From: Octopus sinensis
Taxonomy: Eukaryota
Direction of reading: 5' to 3'
DNA length: 64,000 nucleotides
NCBI RefSeq assembly: GCF_006345805.1
Contig: NC_042998.1
Coordinates: forward strand, 176,266,001 to 176,330,000
The translations under genes were made by a program, and so were the position numbers. This document shows, in pieces, positions 1-12,449 of this stretch. A model generated the notes under the pieces. It searched no databases, was not told the DNA's origin, and saw only the letters and a list, made by a program, of their open reading frames with translations. How positions within the stretch are numbered: the stretch's first letter is position 1; every line of letters begins with the position of its first letter.

Positions 1-108
1 TTTACAGAAAACTCACATTCTGGTGTGTGTGTCACATGCTTTTCTTAGTCTGGTTTACACCACACGCAAACGCACACACACAGTGGGCAACGAATAAAAT
101 GAAAGTAA
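1..108 (+). repeat. Partial copy of the element body also found at 1206-1312 (probably a Helitron-like family, runs off the window start)
   Basis: 1-108 is nearly identical to 1206-1312 (tttacagaaaactcacattctgg...gaataaaatgaaagtaa). Confidence 0.6.
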
Positions 109-287
109 ATGTAATATTTGTTTCTGTCTATCACGCTGATAGATACATGAGTAAAATGTATGGGAAGCTAATAGATAACAGTGAGTGAAAATGTTCTTGG
201 AAGAGAGTAAATTAGCGACAGTGATTGAGGAAGACTAAACTGAAACTATGAAACAGTGTTATGTATAAACAGACGACACTTTATAAA

Positions 288-600
288 CCCTTTCGTTACC
301 AAACCGCCCGAATTTACCTATTCATATTTAAATGAGAATATCAGAGTAAATCTCTTTAGTACATTCGTGAAAACACGTATTATACTTCGTAAACACTTCA
401 AATACAGTTTTGTACAAAAATCGAAGTGTAATTTTGATCCGTGAATTATGGGAGATTTTTTTCCGAAATTTGTTCCTATTGTGTTTTCAAAATTTGTAAT
501 TCTGACAAAAAACGGATACGAATTTCATTATATCAAGCAGCGAGTCAGAATTCGAAGGATTTTCTACTGAAGACCTTCATAAATCTAACTCTATGACTGA
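288..600 (+). mobile_element. piggyBac-type element, left-end fragment
   Basis: Starts CCCTTTCGTTACC like the TTAA-flanked MITE at 10107; around 510-580 it reads (ACG)DTNFIISSSESEFEGFSTEDL, an acidic stretch like piggyBac N-termini; cut off at the Helitron-like element. Confidence 0.5.
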
Positions 601-612
601 AAAAAAAAAGCA

Positions 613-997
613 TCTTTATATAAGAGTGAAGTTGTGTGTCTGTCCCCTTCGATTTACATTCGTAATTACTCCCACATTTTGCGGTGCAGTTTAACCAAAA
701 GCGGGTATCTTATAGTCGTGATTCATATCGAGCCCTTCTGGGTATTAGCGCGCGTCTACGATGAGTCTACGATTTAAAAAAAATTTACCATCATATTTTT
801 CCATTTTTTTTTCGCTTTTATATAAGGGAAGTAACTCTCTAAAAATATCTACGATGTGTCAACGATTTTTAAAAAATTTACCTTAATTTTTTTTCAATTT
901 TTAATGCATTTTTTTGCTATTTTTTGGCTATAACTCTCTAAAAATGCTTATATAGTTATTTCCCTTACAACCCGAGCAACGCCGGGCGATACTGCTA

Positions 998-998
<1 letters not shown>
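613..998 (+). mobile_element. Non-autonomous Helitron-like element
   Basis: A|TC start; 3' hairpin cccgagcaacgccggg (971-986) then 8 nt then CTAG|T; same 3' end at 6692 and 42633. Confidence 0.75.
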
Positions 999-1043
<45 letters not shown>

Positions 1044-1044
<1 letters not shown>

Positions 1045-1312
1045 CTCTTATTATAAAAGGCAGATTTTATCTGCCTCCCTTGGGAGTTATACAAATCTAC
1101 AATATAGGATTTCTTCAATTACAATTTACCTTGCATTTTTAAGAGTACAATGCATCGCGTCATGCCAGGTCCAGTTTTTAAAATTTAAACTCCAGTTAAG
1201 CAAAATTTACAGAAAACTCACATTCTGGTGTGTGTGTCAAATGCTTTTCTTAGTCTGGTTTACAGCACACGCAAACGCACACACACAGTGGGCAACGAAT
1301 AAAATGAAAGTA
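1044..1312 (+). mobile_element. Helitron-like element, 5' part (no 3' CTAG end seen)
   Basis: A|TC start tctcttattataaaaggcag resembles the start at 6321; follows a (TA)n tract. Confidence 0.45.
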
Positions 1313-1460
1313 ATTGACTTACTGTAGTGAGTGATTCTTTCACTCTGCCTCCCACTTCCTCTTTCCACACAGACACGCAAATATATAAATAAAATTGTAA
1401 GCTAACGTGCGTGTGTGTGAGTGGGTGTGTGTGGGTGTGCGCGTGTGTGTGTGTGTGAGG

Positions 1461-1496
<36 letters not shown>

Positions 1497-1560
1497 GCGT
1501 GAGTGTGTGACAGGAAAGTTTTTTACGACGAATATAACACCTATATCCAAGTAGCAGAAA

Positions 1561-2040
1561 GATAAGACAGTAAGGTGTGATTTGAGGGAGATTTGGCTGC
1601 TATTTCTACCATGTCTAGCTGCCATGTAGGGGTCTCCCTCATAGGCTCATACATACATATATACATAGATAAGACAGTAAGGTGTGATTTGGGGGAAATT
1701 TGGCTGCTATTTCTACCAGGTCTAGCTGCCATGTAGGGGTCTCCCTCATAGGCTCATACATACATATATACATAGATAAGACAGTAAGGTGTGATTTGGG
1801 GGAAATTTGGCTGCTATTTCTACCAGGTCTAGCTGCCATGTAGGGGTCTCCCTCATAGGCTCATACATACATATATACATAGATAAGACAGTAAGGTGTG
1901 ATTTGGGGGAAATTTGGCTGCTATTTCTACCAGGTCTAGCTACCATGTAGAGGTCCCCCTCATTGGCTCATATATATATACATACATAAGACAGTAAGGT
2001 GTGATTTGAGGGAGATTTGGCTGCTGTTTCTACCAGGTCT
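1561..2040. repeat. 107-bp minisatellite, ~4.5 copies
   Basis: Units start at 1561, 1668, 1775, 1882 and ~1985 (gataagacagtaaggtgtgattt...catacatatatacata). Confidence 0.95.
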
Positions 2041-2109
2041 GTTAGGCCTTCTCATGTAAACTCAAGCTTTCTCATGCCTTGAACATAAGACCAAGCAGAG
2101 AATGTATTC

Positions 2110-2400
2110 TTTTATTCTTCTGCTTTTTCCAGCCATTGGTCTGTGGCCATGCTGGGGCAATGCCTTGAAGAATTGTAGTTTAATGAATCAACTCGTTTTA
2201 TTTTTGTAAGCATTGTACTTATTCTATCTGTTTCCTTTGTCAAACCACTAGGTGACAGGGATGTAAACAAACCAACATTCGTTGTCAAGCAGTGGTGGAG
2301 GACAATCACAAGCACAGACACGTACACACACACACATACATGCATACACATATACACACATACATACATACATACATATATATATATGTGTGTATATATA
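2110..2400 (-). mobile_element. SINE family A, diverged 3' part
   Basis: Diverged match to the ttttacttgtttcagtc...gtcaagc...gacaaacacagac block. Confidence 0.7.
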
Positions 2401-2480
2401 TATTGCAGCGTGGAAGGTGTTTGTAAGCCATTTAAGAAACACACAAAAACCGTTACATTCACTTCAACATTTAAATTTAA

Positions 2481-2531
2481 TTTGCCAAAATATTTTCGTC
2501 GCTTTGAGACCGCGACCTGTTCACTGACAAA
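2481..2531 (-). ncRNA. Candidate type I hammerhead ribozyme, G3-C8 core variant
   Basis: Minus strand: tttgtca-GTGAACA-g-gtcgc(ggtctcaaa)gcgac-GAA-AATATT-T-tggcaaa; 7-bp stem I, 5-bp stem II, palindromic stem III. Confidence 0.65.
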
Positions 2532-2566
2532 AATATCGTGCTAACAGGTCGCGGTCTCAAAGCGAT

Positions 2567-2709
2567 GTACTCTTTCGCCACAACTTTCTCTCACTCTTTT
2601 TTCTGTTGGCCTGCTGGCGTCACTTGACGACTACAACAATGCGAAGTGCATTGTGACCAGCGATGTGTAGCAACATCTGATAGCCTGGGCGGTCACGTGA
2701 TCACGTGAT
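2567..2709 (+). mobile_element. SINE family C, 3' part
   Basis: actctttc...cattgtgaccagcgatgtgtagcaacatctgatagcc...ggtcacgtgatcacgtga, shared with 60555 and 61915. Confidence 0.7.
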
Positions 2710-2732
2710 ATATATATATGTGTGTGTGTATA

Positions 2733-2768
<36 letters not shown>

Positions 2769-3389
2769 ATAATATATATATATATATACTCGAGTGTATA
2801 TATGTTTCATGTGCGTGTGAATGAATGCGTCTATACACCTATTACAACGGGTACGACAGCAACAACAACAACAACAACAGCAGCAACGAGGACAACAACA
2901 ACAACGACAACAACAAAGTAACTAAAATGACGAAAACCATGAGGACATTATATATCGATGTCAAAGATAAAAGCAATGGCGCTGATGATAAATTTACCAA
3001 ATGAACTCGTTGTTGTTAGAAGTTTATGATATTTGCTTTCTTTTCCGTTTCGTTGCGTTATTTCCTGTTGGGTTTTTAATTCTGTTTAGGGATAAACATT
3101 TTATGGTAAATGAAGTTATCTATTAATATTAAATTAATAGTCTATAAAACATTTAACGACAATAACAACATTGCTGAAGCTGTTAAAAGATAATATTCGC
3201 ATTGCATATACATGTTCTAATACATACATACATGCATACATACATACATACATACACACACACATAAATACATGCATGCATGCATACATAGCCAGACAGA
3301 CAGGCAAACTGATAGAGAGATAGGTAGCTAGATAGGTAGATAGCGAAATAGATAGATAGCTAGAGAGATAGCTAGAGAGATAGCTAAAT

Positions 3390-3483
3390 AGATGTGTGTG
3401 TGTGTGATTCTATGATTGCCTGTATATGTGCATATGCATATTATGTATATGCACACACATACACGCATGCATATATATATATT

Positions 3484-3536
<53 letters not shown>

Positions 3537-3583
3537 TTGTACATATATATATATATTTCTACATATATATATATATATGTGTG

Positions 3584-3652
<69 letters not shown>

Positions 3653-3654
3653 AC

Positions 3655-3700
<46 letters not shown>

Positions 3701-3965
3701 CTGTACATTTATATATATATATACATATATACTTGTACATATATATATATATTTATACACATATATATATATATATGTATATATAGATATATATATATGT
3801 GTATATATATATGTGTGTGTGTGTACAAGAAATATATATGTATATGTGTATATATACATATATATGTGTTTGTATATATATATGTATATATACGTAATAA
3901 TTACGTATACACGCACGTGTAGTGCGCGTGCATGTGTGTGTACGTATATTATGTTTATATAAAGC
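3390..3965. repeat. Compound (TA)n/(TG)n microsatellite
   Basis: Direct inspection; source of the IY-repeat ORFs. Confidence 0.95.
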
Positions 3966-4679
3966 ATATATAAGTATTTTCATGTTTCCCAGTGTATATG
4001 TACATGTGTATCACACATACATACATGCACTTACAAACTCAAAATACACATATAACATATATAAAAGCGGCGCAGTAATGAGGCGGGAATGGGATGGAAA
4101 TATCATCTATATATCTATGGAGATGTATCGAAATATCTAATCTTTGCATATGGCGTATCTATCCCTAACTACCCGTCTCCATTTATATACTTATTTATTT
4201 ATAAAGCCCTGTTTTATTTGTTTCATTAACATCGCAGCCTTAACAATTGATAGTGAGATTGAAAACCCGAAAACCAGAATTTGTGTGTGCGTGTGCATGT
4301 GTGTGTGTGTGTGTCTGTGTTTGTCTGTATTTATGTATGTACGTGTGTATGCATGAATGTATATTTGTTTGTATGTATTATGTTCATATGTATGTATGCT
4401 TGTACCTATCTATATATCCATCCATCCAGCCAGCCATCCATTCATCCATCTCTTTCTCCATATGTGTGTGTGTGTGCATACACACACTTATTTGTATGTG
4501 TGTATGTATATGCGCATATAAATATATGGTTATAGATATGTGGATATATATACATTCATACATGCATATAAAATATGAATATATATACGAGAGTGTGTGT
4601 GTAGATATATATAATATATATATACATGCATATGTGTATATATATATATCTATATATATACACACACATATATATGTGC

Positions 4680-4711
<32 letters not shown>

Positions 4712-5299
4712 TAATATATATATACATACATGAATATATTGCCGCATATATATATTCATTTAAGAAGCTATATATATGTGTGTGTGCGTATATGTGTATG
4801 CGTATGTATATATATGCATGCTTATACATAATATATATATATATGATAGATAAGTTCAGTAAAATTTAGATTCAGATGAATGTGGTACTTAAGTTGAAGG
4901 TACCAGAATTTAGTATGGCATTATCCATATAATTTAAAATATGTATGTACGTATGTATGTATGCATGAATGTATGTATGTATGTATGTATGTATGTATAC
5001 ATGTATACATATACACACACATACATGCATACACACGTACATATGTTTTGAATTTAATGCTAAATATTTGGAATTATATGAGAATCATGGGCTCCCTTGA
5101 TATGAACTCATTTATTGCAAGTCCTGAAAACAGCAACAACTAAATAATAGCAGCGACGTCAACTCACAAAATGCATGGAAATAACAGTAACAACATGTAG
5201 AACGAATATCAAATTAATAATACAAACTAATACAGCAACAAAATAACAACTCCTAATATTTAGATTATATTGATTCCTGCAGTTAGTGTGGTAGCGACA

Positions 5300-5660
5300 A
5301 CAGCAACGCCTCCACCACCAGCACCACTACCACCACCAGTACCAGCACCAGCACCAGCACCAGCACCACCTCCACCACCACTACCACTACGACCACCACC
5401 ACGACCACCACCACCACTACCAGCACCACTACCAGCACCACCACCATCACCACCAGCACCAGCACCAGCACCACCTCCACCACCACCACCACCACCACCA
5501 TCATCACCACCACCACCACCACCACCACCACTACCACCACTAGCACCTCCACCACCACCACCTCCACCACCACCACCACCACCACCACCACCACCATAAC
5601 CACCACCACTACCACCATAACCACCACCACCACCACCACCACCTACAACAACAACAACAT
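5300..5660. repeat. (CCA)n/(GCACCA)n microsatellite
   Basis: Direct inspection; source of the poly-Pro and poly-Val ORFs. Confidence 0.95.
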
Positions 5661-6320
5661 CAATAAACTGGAAAGGAATAAAGGTGGAACCAATATTTAT
5701 AATTAAATGGCGTCGTTTGTAATGCTACTCTTAAGGTTAGGGTTAGTTTTGTGATCAATATTAAATAGTAAACACTTCAGTTAATTATAACAATATTTGC
5801 GTAACGAGTCGCATGGTAATGAGTTCATGTGAGGTTTTTAGGCGTAACCTCGCTGTTCTCTATCTTTATAGAATGATGACTATTTGAAACACACACATGC
5901 GCCTGCGTACGGGCACATTCGCGTGAACACACACACGCACGCGCAAACACTAAAATATTCTCTTATTTATAGCTTTTTAATAGTTAATTCTAATCGATGC
6001 TTTTCATCATACATCGACGCCCTGATAATGGATATTCTACTTCACTATTTTGATTTCTTCATTGGCCCAGAAACACAAATTTATTTGAACCACTGTGGAG
6101 GGATGTGCGGTAATGACGTAGTAGAAAATATGGAGGCCCAGAGATAACAGCCATAAATTTATTATAATTGTTCCTTTTTATTTTCTACGCACCACTAGCA
6201 GTGGAAACCTATTCTGTGCTAGTAGAACTATAATCGAAAATAGTTAAAAAGCACGGGCTCCTCTTTCAAACGTTATGAAGTCTAGTTCTGAAATGGACTG
6301 GAGAGGAATTCATGCATAAA

Positions 6321-6692
6321 TCTCTCTATATATAAACGGCAGTTTGTCTGTGTGTGTTTCTGTGTGTCTGTTAGGTTGTACCCTCACCCTGACCACGGCT
6401 TTCAACCGATTCTGATGAAACTTGACACACACATAGCCCAATGTCATAATTCAAAACTAACGCAGCGAAAATTTTGAAAAGTTCCCCCAGTTCTGAAAAA
6501 AAATCGATAAATTCGACATGGGGTCGAGAATCAGAACTGTCTAGGGGACGCAACTCCACCTTTTTAACTCTCAAAAATAAATTTACCATAATTTTTTTTC
6601 CATTTTTTTGCTATTTTTTGGCTATAACTCTCTAAAAATGCTTTATAGTTATTTCCCTTACAAACCCGAGCAACGCCGGGCGATACTGCTAG
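6321..6692 (+). mobile_element. Non-autonomous Helitron-like element
   Basis: A|TC start, identical 3' hairpin plus CTAG|T; 3' ~110 bp shared with 613-998, different 5' body. Confidence 0.75.
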
Positions 6693-7224
6693 TATATTAT
6701 AAATTTCAATTTACAACGTTAATAAAAGCAAAGTTTACGTCAATGTGCTGTAGAAATGCTGATACATATGTTCGTTTATGCAAAGTGAATGTAAGTCAAT
6801 GTTGTAGGAATAGAGTTATGCAAATGTTCTTAAATTGAAACTTCCTTTGAGTATCACACGTGATGTGAATGGGAAAATGTTGCTGGTTGGAGAGAGGGAG
6901 AGAAATAAAATAACATACATAGTACGAAAATTTAAAAGAAAATGAAATATTGTAACTTGTCAGCTTGTACAACTTAACAAGTGTCAATTATTTTTAGAGC
7001 AGCTGATTACAGGCGCAACCGAGTGATTTCGGATTCAGTCCTACTGTTTGTTATTTTAGGAGCCCATATACTTGTGAACAGGTATAAAAACTCTCCTGAC
7101 TTTTGAAATCTTCACCTAGTAAAATATCGAAGACATGACATCTGAAGGAAGGTGGAGTTGCATGGGCAATACGCTGGTACCGTTTTTTCTTAGCTGAGTT
7201 ATACGTGAAATGAAGCTTTTGTTC

Positions 7225-7297
7225 AAAATCGGTCCAGGAATCGAACGCATGACGTTACGATTGTGAATCCAACACGCTAATCACTAAGCCGCGCGCT
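7225..7297 (-). mobile_element. tRNA-derived SINE head (family C-like)
   Basis: Reverse complement gives ggcttagtgattagcgtgtt...gttcgattcctggaccga (A/B-box-like). Confidence 0.55.
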
Positions 7298-8202
7298 TTT
7301 ATATATAGTGAAATAAAAATGAGATAAAACGAAAATAAGACTGACAGAGGAGCTTCTTTTATGATCAGATTAAGTAAAAAAAAAATGGAATAATAGAATA
7401 CACGGGCCATCCAATTTTAAGATACTTCTGTGTTAATAATTAGGTTAGAAGTAGGTCTTAACGTATTTGATGTTATGAGGCAAGAAATTTTATATATCTA
7501 AAGTTATTTCCACAGTGATTACAAAGAAGGATTATCTTAGATACTGATTCTAGAGAAGAAACGCAGGGGAGGCAACCTCAGAATATTAATAAATAGAAAG
7601 TAATTATTTGTAGACTGCATTATGGAATGGGATTGATTTTTGGCGGGAGGATGACAACTGCCGACGTATTTCGGTTTTACCAGGCATCATTGGCGAAATA
7701 TAGTCTTTACTTTTTGAAATGTTGGAGAAAATATAGGATTTTAGTGAATGGGTAATGGATGATATAATAGCTTAAAGAAATGATCGAGATAAATATCCTC
7801 AACGCATGCTGCTTATAAAAATAACAGCAGAGTGGACTCTACTATAATTGATGTAGTTGGCCAGGTAATTTTAATTAAAATTACAGCCGTAGATTAAAAA
7901 AAGACAGTTATCTTAATGAAATATTGTTGTCAAAGATCAGATTCAATACTGCTTTTATATAATTACGACAGCCGTTTAGAATCGATTAAAGAAGACAACT
8001 AGTTTAGCATAAGAAAGGTGACTGAAAAAGAATGAAAGCAATGTATCAAAGACAACGATCGATAACAACAAATTGTGCAACACCTAAAATACATTTAACC
8101 AATAAATGTTCGCTATTATATAGAAACTTATTTAATTTCCAGGATTATTTCAATTGATATTTCTATGATGATTTGCGCATATTTTTATTCTAAATGTCCT
8201 CG

Positions 8203-8575
8203 CTCTTTTACTCTTTTACTTGTTTCAGTCATTTGACTGCGGCCATGCTAGAGCACCGCTTTTAGTCGAGCAAATCGACCCCGTGACTTATTCTTTGTAA
8301 GCCTAGTACTTATTCTATCGGTTTCTTTTGCCGAACCGCTGTCAAGCAATGCTAGGGAGACAAACACAGATACACAAACATACACACACACACATATATA
8401 TATATACATACATACGACGGGCTTTCAGTTTCCGTCTACCAAATCCACTCACAAGGCTTTGGTCGGCCCGAGGCTATAGTAGAAGACATTTGCCCAAGAT
8501 GCTACGCAGTGGGACTGAACCCGGAACCATGTGGTTGGTAAGCAAGCTACTTACCACACAGCCACTCCTGCGCCT
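8203..8575 (-). mobile_element. SINE family A (internal deletion)
   Basis: tRNA-like head aggcgcaggagtggctgtgtgg...ggttcagtccc on the minus strand; (gtaaaaga)n tail. Confidence 0.9.
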
Positions 8576-9352
8576 ATTAATATATTATACACAAGTTTCA
8601 GTCAACGTATCAAAAATGCAACCTGCCAGTAGCTATAGAAGAAGGTAACTGTATACATTATATATTATACATGATATCTTCACACAGAAAGTAGTTAAAT
8701 GTCTTCAACGTAATTTTTGAACAAGACTTGGATCTAGTTTTTTTCATTCGCAAAATATGCACTTTTTTAAAAGGAAGTAAAAAATCTGAAAATCGGCTAT
8801 GATAACGTAGCCTTCCTGTCTCATTGATGTTGTGGAGTAAAAAAGTGGAGAAAAAAGTTACAGAGATTTAAAAATCGAAAAATCTGTGTATTTATAGCCA
8901 ATAGTGAGACAGAAATTTTCTGTATTTAGCAGAATGGTGCCAACGTTAAGGTTGTATCCTGTGAAATTTATAGTTTAGCGTCTGACCTGTTCATTGTAGG
9001 TTTCTAAATAAACAGAAATACCTAATAAAATCAATATATATCACCTTACTGTTTCTGCTGTCACTTCATTGATTGTATTTTTAAAATTAAAAAAACAATT
9101 TTATATTAATGTATTTGTCTGCATATGTTTACTTTATGCGCATTTCAGTATTATATATACCTGTCATGTATATGTGTACATCACTAATATATAAGTGCAT
9201 ATGTGTGTATGTGTGTGTGTGCGTATGTATGTGTGTGTGTGAAAAGAGGCGTCTGTCTCCAAAACTCTAAGGTTGAGTAATCTTTTCATGCTTGGATTTG
9301 TAAACTACGATAAGAGTAATACTGCTCAAGAAAGAATTTGTCCCAAGGAAAA

Positions 9353-9386
<34 letters not shown>

Positions 9387-10106
9387 CATGCGGAATTCAA
9401 AAGTAATGTCAAATTACCTACCTGTATCACCCACAGTTTCTCTGTTCCACGATATCCCTCTCAGTTCCTGTTACGTGGGCTAAATTTCAGTTAAGCTGTT
9501 GAAATGTGAAGCTAACGCTTTAAGAAATACTAATTAAAATTTTTATGAATAGAATTAATCTAGTGAAATCATAAATCCAGCTATCTGAGTCAATGAGTCC
9601 CAAAAATATATGAAATGAAAAATACGCAAAAATACTAACACACTGAAAAAAGCACAGAAAAGTACTGACACAGAGAAGCACAGAAAAATGTGTAATATAC
9701 TAACACACAGAAAAAATAAAACAAAACACGCGGATGAAAAGAATCTAGTGGTATGAAGAATCAAGTGTGAAAAATGAACATAGACAACAGCGAGACAGAC
9801 AACAGTGAACCACAACACAGCGTGCGGTTATCATAGTAACAAGCTGCTAAAGCCACACTGTCTTTTGATTGGCTAAAATTACCCAAATTTTCCAACTTTA
9901 ATTCCAAATAGCTTCAGATTCTTTAATTTACGAGATAAAGTAATTGTTTGGTCGTAATCAAGAGCCAGAGTTGCATCGATACACCAAAATTGAAAGCAAT
10001 CTGAGCAAAATTAAAGGAGGCTCATTTTGCGAAGGAAAAAAAACTAGATCTCAAGACTTGAAATTTAACCTATAAATACTGAAATGACTTGGAGATTCTT
10101 CTTTAA

Positions 10107-10327
10107 CCCTTTTGTTACCAACCCGGCTGAAACTGGTTCTGGCTCTTTAGTATAAATGTCTTGTTTTCATAAGTTTTGAATTCAAATCTCCCACCAAATC
10201 TTAGTTAAAATTTATGTTCCTGACACTAGCTGAATGATAACTAAATTATTTTACTAAATTCTTTGTTATATTTAAAGTAAGTGAAAGAAACACAGGGCTT
10301 CTCAAAATAAATACAGTAACGAAAGGG
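10107..10327. mobile_element. piggyBac-type MITE
   Basis: TTAA|CCCTTTTGTTAC...GTAACGAAAGGG|TTAA: CCC/GGG termini, ~12-bp TIR, TTAA TSD. Confidence 0.85.
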
Positions 10328-11277
10328 TTAAATATTGACTGTCAATATGCAGAAGCTAAATAATAATCTTAAGCTGAAAATCTTCCGTTTGTAAAGTTTA
10401 TGCACGGGAGGGTACCGTCCAATATCATAAACAACCACACGCTAGTGAAGACAACGAGTAAACAAGCCTTCTGCTTCTATGATACTACCAACTGCTGACC
10501 TTTTGACCTACCAGCCGAGATCTCAAAGATGATAAAGACAGTCGAAGGCCATACATTTTTTAACACTTTGATACCCTTTCTCCCGTTAGTGAATAGTATG
10601 TATACAATAAACCCAGATCTACTATAGATCTGTTATCATATGTCACACACACTCCCGTTCTTGAGATCTTCAACGATAGCACAAGAGCAAATTTTTACCA
10701 TATTTAGCGCAAGAAAATCCTTGTAAATTTTCCCACATAAGAACTCCTTTCAGTTGCTATCATCCTCACCAAATTATCGCTAACTCATTCTCGAGGTGGG
10801 CCTCCAGTGGCATAGTCACTACATGTCCTGCATACACATTGTAAAAGTTTAAAAAAAAAACATAATTAAATATGGAAATGTTAACTCATGTTAACGAAAT
10901 CAAGTTGCGTAAAAAGAAAATATACATTTATATAAAATACTGAAAGTAGCTGCACGAATTCAGTTTAACTTACAACCACGATAGGGTGGATTAGCTCAGA
11001 ACTAAATAGCTGCTAGGTGTTTTACACACACGCACGCACACATACACACACACAAACTTAGATTTTGGCCAGTATTAGTTACTTTTTGAATGTTATAGGA
11101 GCTTTTTCTTTGATTTCTTTCGGGATAATATTAAATAAAGTAGAACCTGTTGACCGGGGAAAATAAACTGTAGCGCAATGTTGTTATATTACGTAAGTTG
11201 ATTTTTTTAGTCGGCATATGCCACGTGGAACAGGGAACTCATTTCAGAGAATAAAATCATTTGTGTAGTAATGTTTT

Positions 11278-11645
11278 TGGCTGTGTGGTAAGTAGCTTGT
11301 TTACCAACCACATGGTTCCGGGTTCAGTCTCACTGCGTGGCACCTTGGGCAAGTGTCTTCTACTATAGCCTCGGGCCGACCAAAGCCTTGTGAGTGGATT
11401 TGGTAGACGGAAACTGAAAGAAGCCCGTCGTATATATGTATATATATGTATATGTGTGCGTGTGTGTGTTTGTGTGTCTGTGTTTGTCCCCCTAACATCG
11501 CTTGACAACCGATGCTGGTGTGTTTATGTCCCCGTTACTTAACGGTTCGGCAAAAGAGACCGATAGAATAAGTACTGAGCTTACAAAAGAATAAGTCCCG
11601 GGGTCGAGTTGCTCGATTAAAGGCGGTGCTTCTGCATGGCTGCAG
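11278..11645 (+). mobile_element. SINE family A (tail replaced by mariner remnant)
   Basis: tggctgtgtggtaagtagc head; ends at gcatggctgcag. Confidence 0.9.
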
Positions 11646-11699
11646 ATATCCAGCGAACCAATCACTTTTTCAGAAGACACATTTATAAATTTCAAGGAA

Positions 11700-12340
11700 G
11701 TACAATACTTTAATCAAAGCAGGATCCTCTGAATTCAATGCATCTGATGTAGAGCACCAGCCACTTCTTGAAGGCCTCATGGGGGTCCTCCGAAATGAAG
11801 GTGTCCGACCTCAGCATTTGCTTAATGTTTTCCAAACAGCTGTTCCCGATTTTCTTCTTCAGCTTAGAATACAATCAAGTCACAGCACAAGGTCTGGACT
11901 GCAGAGAGGCTGAGGGACAGATTTGATGTCCATCTTAGTCAAGGAATTGGTTACTAGAATGGAATTGCAGACTGGTACATTGTCCTGGTGCAAGTTCCAC
12001 TGACCTGAGTGGAAGAGGTCTAGCTTTTTGTACCGAAGTTTCTTCCTCAACCCCTCAAGACTTCTGCAAAATATTCTTTCTTGACCGTCTGGCCAGAAAG
12101 AATTCAGTGGATGTAGACGATGTCCTTGCTGTCGTAAAAAGGTAATCATGAAATTCCCGGTGGTCTTGTTTTGCCTGGCCTCTTGTGCTTGCGAAAAACA
12201 GATGCTCGGCTCTTACAAGTTACTCCATAAGCAGCCTGGGGCATTTCATAAGCTTCTGTCCAGACTTACACAAAACTATTGCACAGCAACTTTCCTAACG
12301 TCCCAACTGCAGTCATGTTCAGAAGGGTGAGTTCAAAGTG
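11700..12340 (-). pseudogene. Mariner (Tc1/mariner) transposase remnant, internally deleted
   Basis: HTH-like FCVSLDRS/EAYEMPQAAYGVTCKSRASVFRKHKR joined to DDE-region GQTVKKEYF...WNLHQDN...CSPDL...AFKKWLVLYIRCIEFRGSCFD; stops and frameshifts. Confidence 0.85.
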
Positions 12341-12449
12341 CTACTACGATCATCTCCTTCAATCTGGATTAACAAAAGCCGACAGATCAGCTTATTAGAT
12401 GTACACTAATGACATACTGAAATTACATTAATCTAGGGCTGTTATAAAT

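Noticed and set aside
3394-4759. Long IY/YI/CV-repeat ORFs (also 26636-27236, 60707-61072 and others)
   Set aside because: They are translations of (TA)n/(TG)n microsatellites, which lack stop codons.
4880-4920. CAGATGA...tggtac/gtacca...GAAT hammerhead-like motif
   Set aside because: U4 and A15.1 are wrong and there is no stem I or III; at most a decayed remnant.
5270-5642. 109-aa poly-Pro (extensin/formin-like) ORF and antisense poly-Val ORF
   Set aside because: Pure (CCA)n repeat with no flanking coding context or splice evidence.
8328-8648. Recurrent peptides such as RRAFSFRLPNPLTRLWSARGYSRRHLPK and MRNWYLIYRPRK
   Set aside because: Read-through of SINE A and B copies, not a gene family.
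10400-10830. Higher-complexity, coding-looking segment (GGPPRE on the minus strand)
   Set aside because: All frames I translated are interrupted and no convincing family motif was found; needs BLASTX.
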